From Cenococcum geophilum (lineage: Eukaryota): a stretch of 64,000 nt of DNA. The notes below the pieces were generated by a model. That model searched no databases. It had not been told where the DNA came from and saw only the letters and a program-made list of their open reading frames with translations. The stretch spans positions 6,262,001 through 6,326,000 of the forward strand of contig CP158635.1 in the NCBI GenBank assembly GCA_050273025.1. The letters are read 5' to 3'. Positions 41,101 to 54,100 of the stretch are shown one piece after another. A program made the position numbers and the translations under genes. The number at the start of each line of letters is the position of its first letter. Positions within the stretch are counted from its first letter, which is position 1.

Positions 41101-43077
41101 TTATTAAGTGCCGAAGTAGTTCGCTATCCTATTTCTCTTACGTCTTATAAAGCGATAGACATTATATCTAGTGGGGTTTTAATCCCTACTAATATTCCTT
41201 ATTTTATAATAGAATTATCCTCTACTTTTAGTATAATATCTCTAAGGTCTATTTGCTTTTAGTAAGCGGCCCTTATTACCTTATCGTTATGGAATATTTT
41301 GCCTAGGTTAAATTTATTATCCTTAATATCCAATCTGCGAACTAGTTTATTGGTTCCTCTGCATCCTATAGGTGCTAGCTTTTATAGCTAATAGCTTACG
41401 CCGTACTTAGCGTCTTTATAAATTTAGTATATGTTATTATAATAAAATGCAAAACTTTTAATTAAACACTCTTTTGTTCCTCGTAGTATATTATCATCCC
41501 TTTATATATATATATCGTCTATTAGTCTTATACCTTTTACTATATAGTAACTCTACCTACTTCTATAGTCTTTAATATAATAACCCTATTTTCTGTAATT
41601 TATATAAGCTCCTTCTTTAAACCATTTCTCTTATTATAGAGTCCGCCTAAATGTCTTCTACTATTAAGATCTCTGATTTGGCCTCTGCTCCTTAGACCTT
41701 TAATTACTTAATCCTTATCCTCTAGGTTTCTATAGTTTACTCCATCTCTTATAGGCTTCTTTAGTACTACTTAGGTTTATTAGCTTTACGCCGTACTATA
41801 GTTTCTAACTTAGCTTTTATTATTACGTACTTTACGCCTTATATAACTATAGAACTCTATCCTGGCCTTTTTTAGCCTATTCCCTTTAGTAGATCTAATT
41901 ATTAATCTTAATTGCCTAATCTATTAGTTCCCTTAGGGTATCCGTATCTTCTATTAGGATAATTACGTCCTAGACTTTAGCCTTAAGTCCCTGTTTATAC
42001 TATGCTATAAGCGCTCTATTATTTTACTCTACTTATATTGCTAGTGTTTAAAACTATATTATATACTTAATTGCTAAAGTTTATTATATAAGGTTCTGGA
42101 GTTTTCTTTCTGCTATAGTTGTTTCTTCTAGGTCTCTAAATATCTGCATTAGTCGTTCTATAAATCCTTCCTAACTTAAGAACATAAATCGCATGTCTTA
42201 GTTAGTGGTCGTCATTCCGTTTGCCTATATCTCTATAAAGTAAGGTTTAAACTACTTAAGTGCTTTTCTTAATAAGAATAGTCCTATATAGGCTATCCGA
42301 TCTATAGGTATAGGTAACTTTACTCCCTCCTGTAAGACCTTAAAATATATCTGTATAAGGAATCCTTTAAGCTTTAACCTCTTTCCTATAAATCTCTTAA
42401 TTAATAGTAGCTTGATATTTGCTGCTCCTATTTTGTTAAGTCTTTCTTCTAATACTGTATTGTTAGCTGTTAGCTAGTTAACTATTTCCTATAGCTATCT
42501 GACCGTTATAGGTTGCTATAAGTTAGTATCCGCTATACTAGTGTTACCTCCTGTCTTTAAAGTAGTTGCTGCTATTAATGGCGTCGTAGTGGCTGCTTTT
42601 AGTGGCATGTTATTTAACTTCTTATATTAATACTGTAACTAGGTAGTGATTGTGTAATGGAACCTTATAGTAAGAACTATAATAGGTTCGTTAATGGGCT
42701 AGGTGTATAGGAAATGTAAGTATAAAAGTTAATAACGTAATAATAACTAGTGGAGTGGTTGCCTAACAGATTAACTCTAATTATATTCTAAGAATTACTA
42801 TAAGAAAGGAACTATCTAGGTAGGGACTAAGGGTTCTTAAATACATAACCGTACTTCTAAGAAAGTTATTACTCTATCTGCTCTGTCTACTTTATTCGCT
42901 CTATGATAGATCTTATAGATTATACAGATTATATAGATCACATCACGTAACTCTGCTTATTATTCCTCGTTATATGGTTCCACGGGTTCCATCCTGGACT
43001 GTGCTTGTATTAACTAACTAGCTTCTTCCAACTCCTCTCTAAGTAGTCGTAACATTGTACTTAAAGTGTCCGTAACA
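35127..43077 (-). mobile_element. Ty3/Gypsy chromovirus LTR retrotransposon, copy B (same family as 14803-23479), RIP-inactivated
   Basis: 425-bp LTRs at 35127-35551 and 42653-43077, TSD AAAAC. Colinear reverse-complement similarity to copy A over gag, protease, RT, RNase H, integrase and chromodomain. Confidence 0.95.
35660..36240 (+). pseudogene. Antisense Cys-rich/coiled-coil ORF relic in the 3' region of Gypsy copy B (end approximate)
   Basis: Reads PKAPSSSSIARRSRTIAVILSLSKIILFLCSCYVKEGLVCVALVSPLS*QSFSCLEYTKANI. A homologous stretch lies on the minus strand of copy A at about 22370-22968. Confidence 0.55.
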
Positions 43078-44454
43078 AAAACCGTCCTTACTCTTAGCTT
43101 CTTTTGTGTATCCTTAGGCTTTTATAGTTGCTTCTTTATTCCCGCTGCTGGTAGTATACTCGCGTATCCTTAATCTTCTTCTAGCTTAAGAGCCTTCTTA
43201 GGGTTATCTTCTACCCTTAGTCTCTTTATTATTGTCCTACTAGTCCTGCGCTTTACCTAAGTCGTCCTTAGTATTATCTAGTAGCAGCTTCTCGGCTATT
43301 ATAACTACCTCCGTTATATATCCCTTAGCCTTATATCTATAATATAGTCCCTTATTAGACAACCTCTAAGAAAAGCGCTGGTTTCTATATATCTAATTCC
43401 TACTCCCCTTATAATCCTTAATAAAGTCCTTTACTAGCTTAGCTAGATACGGCTTAGTTCCGTCTTTAGTTATATAAGGATAGTTTAGGCTTAACGTGGT
43501 TAGCTATACCCTATATACAATCTCTTACGGAGTATCTTTATCAGCGCCTCTTTTGTATACTACTTTACCGTTCCGTGGTGCCCGTCTTCTAATATTATAC
43601 TACTGCCCTTATATAGGTCCCTTGCTATGGTGTCCGTTCTTATTATATAGCTAGCGCAGTACTAAATTCGGATAGCAGTGATAGTTATACTACGATTAGT
43701 TATCGTTTAATTAAGGAATAAGGTCGGCCCGGCCGAAGGCTCTAATTTAACAATATTTAACTAATTCAATTTAGTGACGTAACGTGCTGGTATTAAGGCT
43801 CTGGCTTAATTTAACTCTTTAACTAGTCGTGGCTTCTATATAGTTGTTTAATTAGTTAAGGCTTCTATACAGTTATTTAATTAAGGCTCTATATCTAGCT
43901 CTTTATCTAGCTTTGCATTATATATTTAGCTCTATACCCATACAATTAATTAAGGCTTTTAGTATCCGTTTCTTATTATATAGCTATATTATTAAATTCT
44001 AGGGGCGGTGTAGAGTTCTACCAGCTCTATTGCTAAATAGACCAATTAGGATTTTCTATCCCTGGGATAGAAAATCGCTATTAGCTTGGTAATAGGCGGT
44101 GAGCTAAACTGATATCTTTATAGTAGGTTATTGTAACTAACGCGTCTTAACGCGTCACGATTAAGAAAGTAAATAAAAAAGGAGATTTAGGAAATACTGT
44201 AATTAAGTAGATAAATAGAAATCTTTTATACGGCCGTTACCTACGTCCCTTCTACCACTTTAGAACTTAACTATCCCCTAGTCAAACTAATAAACTAAAT
44301 AATATTAAAATTAATAAATAATTTTATAGAATCTATCTATAACGAATATAGGCCTTTATATAGGCCTATACCTATAAAGTTATAAGTAATTGCTTACGGA
44401 CGTCGTCTAAAAAGGAATTAAAGGGAATCTGCTTATGTAAGCAGGAAATGAATA

Positions 44455-44888
44455 ACGTATTACACCACTAAGCTGCGTATACCAGTAAGCTGCGTACTAA
44501 AAATCATATTAAAAATCGAAAAATTTAAACCTTAATATCTTAATAACGACTAGGTAATAAATTCTAGAATTTTAATATATTATATATAGTACCTAGGTCT
44601 AAAGGTTATTAAATTTTTAAATGCTAAAAGCTTATAGTTTTTAAAATACTAGGTTTTTGGCCTTAAATTCAAATTCTTTTACCTTTTCCCTTAATATCTT
44701 AAGAATTTTAAAAGTTTCGCTCTTAGGAATTTAATAGCCTCTATTTTTAAGTGCTGTTTATTACCTATTAAGTTTTTAGAATTTATTACTTAGTCGTTGT
44801 TAAGATGTTAAGGTTCGAATTTTCCGATTTTTGGTGTAATTTTTAGTGCGCAGCTTACTAGTATGCGCAGCTTAGTGGTGTGATGCGT
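44455..44888. mobile_element. MITE of the Tc1/mariner-pogo type, 434 bp
   Basis: TIRs ACG(T/C)AT(T/C)ACACCACTAAGCTGCG(T/C)ATAC(C/T)AGTAAGCTGCG, TA flanks, inverted symmetry extending more than 100 bp. Confidence 0.9.
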
Positions 44889-45089
44889 TATAGAGGACTC
44901 TCCCAGAACCATCGTTACACCCCCTAGTACTCCACTAAAAACAGAAGCAGATCCTTTCTAAATTAGTATTAAACTTAATAATATATAAAAGAAATACCTT
45001 ATAATCCTTTAAGTGTATTATAGGTCCTATTTAACCTCTCCCTAAGCTATAGTTAATTACCTATTATAAGCTCTACATTATTCTTATCC

Positions 45090-48000
45090 CCCATTTAAAA
45101 GTTGTGAGCATAGGTTAAAATCGTTAAATAGCGTACCCTCTAAGGTTTTGCCGTCCTGTGTATAATTTCCTACTTAGGTTTAATATCTACATCGCATTAA
45201 ATAAGGCCTAGCTGCTTAACGAAGTTCCTAAACTAAACTATCGACAGTGGCTTCGTAAGACCGTCTGCTACTATACTGCTTATAGGAACATGCTATAGGT
45301 AGATTACGCCACTTTAAACCTTATTATAAATATAGTGCCAATATAGCTTAAAGTGCTTAGTGCGCGCGTGGTACTTGTCGCTTTTAGTAAGGCTAATAGC
45401 TGGTTAATTATCGCCATATAAATGTATTGGTAGTAGATCCTTTCTAGTATAGCCTAAATTAGTAAACAATTAATAAAGCTATAAGGCTTCCTTAGCCGCA
45501 TACGTTATTGCTATATACTTAGCCTCTATAGTAGAGGTTGTAAGAATTAACTGCTTACTTAACTTATATAAAACTAGGCTACTCGCTAGCTTATAAATAT
45601 ATTTAGAAGTTAACTTCCTATTAACCGCATCTATAAATACTGTATCGCTATAGCCGTATAGTTATAGGTCGGGTATATTACCTTATGGGCTTCTGCTATA
45701 TTCCCTATTAAAATTAGGGGTAGTATAGTCTGTAGCTAACGCCTTAGTAAAGGCTTCTAGAGGTGGCTGCTGCCCTTAGGGTAAGCCAAACTTTAAACCT
45801 AAGTCAATCGTTCCTGTATAGAAGGCGAGTATCTATATCGCGGATTCTATATATAGTTTAATAGGGTTATATAGGAACTAATAGAGCTTTCCTACGGCCT
45901 AAGCTATATTAGGCCAAGCCTAATTATATAGATAAAGTAAAGAGCCTATTAGCGATTAATACCGTTTTACTAGCTCTAGTAAAGCTTAATCCTTAGGCTT
46001 ATGTGGCTTAAAGTCTACTACGGAGGGGTAAATTAGTATAGAGGCTGGTATGCAGTCTTCTATATAGAATATATATAGGATCTTCCTAATATAGGCGTCC
46101 TATACCAGTCGAATTAACCATGTTTAGCGGTCCCTTATAATTTAAATACCTAGGTAATACGCAATAGGGCCTAAGTCTCTTACTTTGTACTTATTCCTAA
46201 GTACTTCTTTAAGTAGTTTAATCGTCCATATATCTCGTCCAATTAAGATAAGATTATTAACGTAGACGATGATAATTTGGCCGCTTTGCTAGCTAATAAA
46301 GACGCATAGGTTAGCTAGAATTAGTATATATTTAAGGGTAATAAGGAAGCTCTTAAGCTCCTTATACCAAAGATATAGCGCCTATTTAAGACCGTAGAGA
46401 GCCTTAAGTAGTAGGCCTATAAGAGCAACGCTGTCCTTTTAATACTAGCGGTATCCTTCTAATAGGTAAATATAGATATTCTTATAGTTAAGCTTCCTAT
46501 TAAGGAAGGCCGTAATTACGTCTAAGTATTTATACTTTAGATCGTATACGGCAACTAGGGCTATTAGTAGCTTAAATATACTAGGTTAAATAACGCCTGC
46601 GAATATATCGCCATAGTTAATCCCTAGGCGCTGCTTATTACCGTATAATACTAGCTATACTTTCTATCTAAATAGGACGTTGTTCTTATTAAATTTATAT
46701 ATAAAGACCTATTTAATGGGTAGAGCCTTAGCTCTGAGTGGAAGTTTAACGATCTTAAATAAATTATTAACTACTTAAGACTCCTATTCCTTATTTACCG
46801 CAGCCTTCCACTCCTTCTTAAATATTAAATTTATAGCTTCCTTCCAGTTCCGTAGCTCCGGAGGTAGTCCCTTAGTTATCCTTATCTACTAAGGCTATAA
46901 TAGAGCGCTTATAAATATATAGGCGAATAACGGGGTAAGGTAGATAGCCTTTATAACCGGCTCCTTCCTTCTAGTTCTATAGAGTACACTATAATTAAGC
47001 CGTGGCTTTAACCGTGTACGAGTATTTGCTATAGGTTTATCGTCCTTTTCTAAGTACTTAGTTAAAATCTATTCTAGATCTTTTTAGTAGATATCCCTTA
47101 GGGGAGTCCCTTCCTAATAGAGGTATCCTCCTAGATTAGGTAGCTCTTACTAGTTAAGGCCTACCTATTCGTTATTAGTAAGAGGAGGTTAATTAAGCTA
47201 TAGTACGATATCGTAATTGCTAGAGGCACCCCCCGACTAAGAGTTACCCCTAACTACGAGGCCTAAGAGACCTTATTTACCTCCTATAGTGACCAAGCAG
47301 CCTTACTTCCTTCTTATAGTAACTAAGAGACCTTACTTCCTTCCTATAGTAACCGAGAGACCTCTAGTATAGTGTCTTTGGTAAGAAGTTCCTTAAGTAA
47401 TATCTAGCAGATATTATCGTCGCCACCTTCTTCTTCACTAATTGGTGTAGTAAGAAAGGTTCCTAATTCGTTAAAGGTAATACTGCCTAATTAAACAACC
47501 CTATTCTTATAAGGTAGATAAACGCGATATATATATAATCTTTTATAGTCTACTAATTGTCCTTTCTAAGCTCTTATAATAAACTTATTACCCTATTACC
47601 GCTAAGGGTCTTTTTTATTAATATAAATATAAGCGGGACAGCCATAGATCTTTTAGTTGGCGTATATAATTATAGAGTTAGTATTACCTAGGGCGTAAGC
47701 TATTACTTAAGCGGGCGGAGCTTTGTCCTTATTAACTAATATAGGTAACATATTAGGCCTATATACGGCTGCCTTAGCGACTTCAGGCTAGAGCTTTAGT
47801 AGCAATTAAGTCTTAATTAATATTACCCTAACCCTTTCTTTAACTAGGTGGTTGGCCTTCTCTGCTATTTTATTCTAATGTGTAGTATATAGAGTAGAGA
47901 CCTTAGTAAGTATACCTTTGTCCTTAAAGAAGTCGGTTAAGTCCTTACTAAACTACTTAGCAGCTCTATCTAATCGGAAGCAACCAATTGTTATCCCTGT

Positions 48001-49140
48001 TTAAGTCTTAATTATATAGACAAACTACTTTAAGGTAGAGGCCGCGGAGCCTCTATTTAATATATAGTAGATCCATTTAAAGCATATTTAGTTATTAGTA
48101 AATAATGCCTAGTAATTTTTACCGTAGAGACCTTCGTGTTTTAATAGCCTAACTATATTAATATGCATCTTTTTAAATATGCGATTGCTACGTTATTAAG
48201 GTCGTCTTAATATTTACTTCTTGGCCTTTCTAAGGTAACAGTCCTCGCAGCAAAATAGCTTATCCTTAGTAACTATAATCCCCTTTATACTCCTAGCGAG
48301 GAGACGTATTTAATTAGGAGGAAGGTGTTATAGTCTCTTATACTAAGTCTCTATAGTAGCTTTAGCAAGCACGCATTTCTTATAAAGGCGCGATTATGTG
48401 GTAGCCAAAGCTATTGCAAAAGGAACCTCTATAGGGTTATCTACCAGTATAAACGTATTAATTCCGTTAATATATAGGGTGTAGGCTATTTCTGCCCGAT
48501 CTTTAACGAGGTTAATTATATTATAGAAACTATTAAAAAAGGCTCCCTTTACTTGTAGAATACTAAGCGAAACAATATTTATAAAGAAGTTAGGACAGTA
48601 ATATACTTTAGTAAATATAATTATATAGGCTAAGTAGTTAGTTTAGGCGACTATAAGCTTAACTAATCTAACGCCAATGGCTTTTATTAGGCCTCCTCCC
48701 GTCTAGATTTAAAGAGGTTTAATTTCCTTATACTACACAAACCTCTTAATGTTGTTATATATATAAATAATTAAGCAGCTATTAGCTATTTAGGAGTCCT
48801 TAATATTTGTTCCTAAAGCTATAGCTACTAGCCTAATAACCTACGTAGTAAAGATCAATCTAGTTACTAAATTTATAGCTTAAGATAGGCGATTAGATAT
48901 CCCCTTAGAGGCCTTATTTATATTTAAGGCTACTCTATTACCTAAGCGTAGAGGCCGTTTTTCTTTAGGTCTCTACTATTCGGGTCTTAAATAGGCGTGC
49001 TTTATCTAGCAGCCTTCCTCGCCACCTAAATAACCTAGCTTGCACTATCCACACTTATTTAAAGCATCTTTAGTAGAGCCTTTAATTAGTTAGTAAGGAG
49101 TAGTATAGCCTAGTAGAGAATTAATAGCTAGTTTAGGCTC
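45090..49140 (-). mobile_element. 5'-truncated Ty1/Copia relic (third family); LTRs not resolved
   Basis: RNase H VADGLTKPL near 45250, RT IIVYVNNLIL near 46255 and LKALYGLK near 46395, integrase near 47800-48200, protease-like *IANSCLIIYI near 48775, PPT-like ATGGGGGATA near 45090. Confidence 0.85.
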
Positions 49141-49149
49141 CCATTTTCT

Positions 49150-50690
49150 TCCTATAGGTAGGGCTCTAGATTCCGCGCAAAGGTTTTATATACCTTATAC
49201 TAAAAAATAGGGTAGCTCTATACTGGATAGCTTAGGAATATCTTATAGAAGGCTACTAAGTTCTATAAAATAACCTTACGGAGGTAAAAGAGAAGGTTTA
49301 TAACCCCTATAGCGGCGAGGTTATTAATCTAGTATAGCTATAGGCCAAAACGGCCCTTCTATTTATCCAGTTTAGGCTATATTATTAATAGCAGTATATT
49401 AGGCGGCGTAATACCCACACGGCGGATTTTAAGGCAGCCTATTTATAAGGGGTGTTTTACTATTAACCTTATAAACTCTCGCAGGAGAGAGTTTAAGTAA
49501 TAGCCCACTATCTACTTCTAATTTTACCTTCTAGCGCGTTAAATCTAGTCCTTACTAACCCCCTTTAGCTCCGCCGTTTTAGTGCTAGCGCTCCGCCTAA
49601 TATGCGTTTTCTTTTTTAAGAAGACGCTAATATACTAGAAGGCCTTTATAACCTAATCTTACTATAAGTTATATAAGAGGGCCGCCTTACAGTCCTTAAT
49701 ACTACTCTTAATTAGGCGTATATTATACTATACTAAGCGCCTACTAAAGTCTGGAAACGGCTTAGTACTAAGATCCCAGCGGTATAGGAAATAGAAAGCT
49801 AGCCCGCTAAGTATATAAACGAGTGTCCTCCTGTTCTATAGGGCCTTAATAGTCTTAAGGCGGCTATACTGGTTCTACTTACCTACGCGTATAGTAAATA
49901 TTAAGGGCATATAGCGCGTAGGTCCTTTACCCTTAAACTTAAAAGTAAATAGATTTAAGATCTTAGGGGACCGTTTATTGCCGCCGTGGGTAAGTATATA
50001 GTAGCCTAGTAGGATATTAATAAGTGTATAGAAGTAGCACTCTAGGGATAAGACGACGCCCCTAGCCTAGAGCTCGCGGTAGACGCCCTAAAACTTATCC
50101 TTAGTATAGCCGTTAAGAAAAGTATCTCTGCGCTTGTTAGCGAACTGCTCTTTCTTATACTACGCATCCCTTTACTATATCATCTTTAGGTACTTTTTAA
50201 CGCTATTTTTCCGCGGAGACGGGTGGCTATTTATTCCTATAGCTTTCTATATCTAATAGAGGTCTATTAAAGCGGTAATATTGCCGTAAACTAACCGCTA
50301 TAAGAGCCGCGTCTCCTCTTAGGATATATTACTGTTAGCTTTACGGCTCTTCCCTTTTAAGGGCTAGCCTATAACCTCCTTAATAAGAAAGAAAAGTAGC
50401 TTATTCTCTATAACGGTATTACTATTATAGTACTGCTTCCGTTTATAGAAGGCCTAGAGCCGGATAACGCGTTAACTATAGGGCGCGACGCTTTTAGGGG
50501 AAGAAAAGGGAGAAGGGGAGGGGGGGGGTTATTATACCCTTCTTACTTTAAACTCCTTCTGCTTTAGATCGTACGCTAAAGATATATTCTTAGGCCTTGC
50601 GGCACGCGTAAGGGCAAGGACATACTGCGCGTTAGCGCGTAATTCGGCATTATTGGCGATATTAATCTCTACGCGGTTAGTCAGCGCCAT
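49150..50690 (-). mobile_element. CryptonF-like tyrosine-recombinase (NDC10/GCR1-related) transposon relic, 3'-truncated
   Basis: RPKNISLAYDLKQKEFK, then a GT..AG intron at 50454-50546, then AFYKRKQYYNSNTVIENKLLFFLIKEVIG; later KKKTHIRRSASTKTAELKGVS near 49555-49615. Confidence 0.75.
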
Positions 50691-51111
50691 CTTATATAGT
50701 AGGTATAATAGCAGACGTGCTGCCACGATTGAGGATTAGGCAGGGAGGACTTTTTTATATATAATTGGGGCCCTAATGGCCCTAATTACCCTACGGTCGG
50801 CGTCGATCAGCGGTTTAATTAGCGGGCGGCCCTTAATACGCTATGTCTACAGCTTAGCGCTAGTGGCGCTATGGATATACGCGAATATATGCCAGGTAGC
50901 TGGCTGAACATATGATTTTTTCGCTGACCGACAATCAGCCGGGCCTTAAATACCACCCTATTTATATAAGGGATATACGTTTAGGGTAGTGGGATAAAGT
51001 AGTAACTTAAAATATAAGTATTACTTCTATACTTAAAATAAAGGCCATATATAACACAACGTTCATATTTAGTAGATCCTTTTAGGGCGTAAAAGAGGGT
51101 TTTAGTATTAA

Positions 51112-54100
51112 TGTTAGCGACTTAGTTAATCAAGACACGAGCACGGTATAAGGGACGCGTAAGCCTATATAATTAGATTGTCTATAAACAAGAATCTAAA
51201 GCTAGGAAAAGAAAAGGAGAAGAAGAAGAGTAGCGCCGCTTAATATTTTATAAGATCTTCGCGTTACGTAACCATAATATGCGGTAATCTATAGCAACTT
51301 ACTAGTGTAAAGTTCTGCTAAGTTCTGCTAACTAAGTTCTACTATTTTCTGTTAGTGCCATAATATTACCCCCCCCCTTTAGTAAAGCCTGCCCTTAGGC
51401 TTTATATATCCGTATTACTCCTATAGGGCGTTCTTATCTTTATTATACTAGCACTCTATTTACTTGTCCCCTCTTCTTAAGGACCTTATATAGTCCTACT
51501 ATTTAATAGTCTAGCTTATAGCTAAGTTGTTCTATCTTCTAGTTCTTTATTATAACCTAGACTATATTACCTATAGTAAAGTTAGGCTCGCGCCTATACT
51601 TATTTATTTGCTATTTTATTAATTTTTAAGCCTTTTTTAGATTTACGTGGGCTACTATCTAGGCTTCCTTATAAGATAGTTTTTTACATATAGTTTAAAG
51701 TTCTTTTAGTCTTTCCTAGTTAAAGCTAGTATAGGGTAAGTAGCCTATTTCTAGTTAAATAGGGGCAAATTTAGTAGAGTTGTAGGGTAGAGTTGCCTAG
51801 GTATAGTCTATAAGGGGTAGCAGTTTAGCCTAGTTATCTTAAAAGTAGTTAATAAAGGGCCGGAGCCTCTAATCTAGGTATTAGTTTACAATCTCTGTCT
51901 AACCGTCTATTTAGGGGTAATATACTATAAAAAGCTTTAGCTTAATGCCTAGGATTTAGGTAAACTTATTCTAAAAGGCTAATATAAACTATAGCCTGTA
52001 ATTAGAGATAATAGTATCTAGTAGTCTATAAATTTAGTAGATATAGTGGATATATAGTTAGGCCGCCTCTTTAGTAATAATATTTTTATAATAGGGAATT
52101 AAGAACGGGCGCTTGCTAAAGCGGTTAACTAAAATTATAACTATATTATATCCGTTATAGTCTAAAGGCAGTTTATAAGAATCTATAAAGATATACTGCT
52201 AAGGGCGTTCTAGTATTAGAAGGGGTTTTAATAGTCCTAGGGTCTTATCTCGTGGAACCATAAACCTATAGCAACTGTTGCAGTTCTATACGTAACGGTT
52301 AATATTTATAGCTATTCTAGGCCAGTAGTAACGGTTACTTATAATCTTATAGGTCTTTTTTTTTTAGGATAGGCCATAGAGACCTGGTTATATACTTTAG
52401 CGATAAGTTAAGTCTATAAATTCTATTTCTCTACTATTACTAGCCGTGCCTAATACTTAAGTAGTCCATTTTTAAGGGACCATAAGCTAGTAGTGTCCTT
52501 CGCCTTTTTACGGTACTCTTATAAAAAAGGGGCCATATAGTTTGCCTACAGTAGTTTATTAATAAGGTTAAGTTTTGTAGAGTTTATAGGGTATATCTTG
52601 GCTTCTAAAGATCCTATACTTAGTTCTGCCTATATCTAAGGGTTAAGGTACTCTAGCTGTAGTAGCATCTAGCTCTATAATAAGGTCTTTACGGCTACCT
52701 ATTTGTCTAGGTCTTGTTCGCGTCTTATAAGTATATTTATATAGTTAGTGGCGCCTAGCCTATATATAATTAGGAAGTTAAACTAAGATAGGGTATCTGC
52801 CTAGCGCGCCTACCGTGCCGTAAGGGCCTTTATTATTATAAAATATTCTAAGGCCTTATAATCGGAAACTACCTAAATAGGCTTAGGGGTCCCTTTTAAC
52901 TATACTCGCCAGTACTAGAAGCTAGAGATAATAGCTAGCATTTCTTTATTATAAACTGGGTAGTTTAGCTTAGCATATATTATAGTCTTTAAATAGTAAG
53001 TAATGGGGTGCTATTCTCCGTCCGTCTGCTTCTAGAAATAAACGCTAGCTATAACGCTGTCTAAGGCGTTGGTTTTTAGCATTAAGGGCCGTTCTAGGTT
53101 AAAGTGGGTAAGTAAGGGAGCGGAGACTAGTTGTTTCTTAAGCTTGTTAAAAGCCTATATATATACGGTGTTAAAGTAAAAGGACTAGTCTTTTTGGGTA
53201 AGGCGGTTAAAAGGCCTAGTAATTTTACTATAGTCCCTAATAAAGCGTTAGTAGAAGTTATAGAAACTTAGGAATAATTATACCCCCCTTACGGTCCGTA
53301 GGGGTGCCCACTAAGTAATTACGGCCATTTTTTCTGGGTTGGTTTTAATTCTATCTATACTAATAATAAACCCTAGGTACTTTATACATTTAACACTAAA
53401 CTCTAACTTTTTAATATTGGCCTAGAGGCTAGCCTTAGAAGTCTGGGCCGGCTCGTGCACGTTATCGGCTCGTGCACGGTTTTCCCCACCAAAATTTACC
53501 AAAATATACCTTTTTATACTACTTATAACTCAATAACTATATAAGCTATTTATATAATAATTATAATATGACTTATTAAATGGTTATTTAATAATTTTAT
53601 AAAATAATATATATAAATTTATAACATATATGTATTAAATTTTAAAGCCAAAAAAGCACTATTTTGAAATTGTATATAATTAATAATAATTATTATTATA
53701 ATGTTGTTATATAACTATATATATTTACCATATAATAATTTTATATAAATAAAAGTTTTTATAATATTTTTAAGTATATATATATACAATTAAACAAATT
53801 ATGTTAATATTTAATAAAAATTCAATAAATATATTTTTATAATATAATATGTTTTTCTATAATAAATTAAAATTAAAATACGTTTTAATATGGTTTAGAT
53901 TGGCTGTAAAAAATATAATTAAGTCTATTATTATATTTAATAAAATATTTCCAAAATTCTAGTATATAAAAATATAAGCGTCTTTCACTTTATAATATAG
54001 ATAGTAACGTTTTTTATTTTTTATTATATAAAAGGTTTATATTTTTATATAATAAGCCATATTTAAAATTTGATATTAATAGCTATTATAGTTCTTAAGT

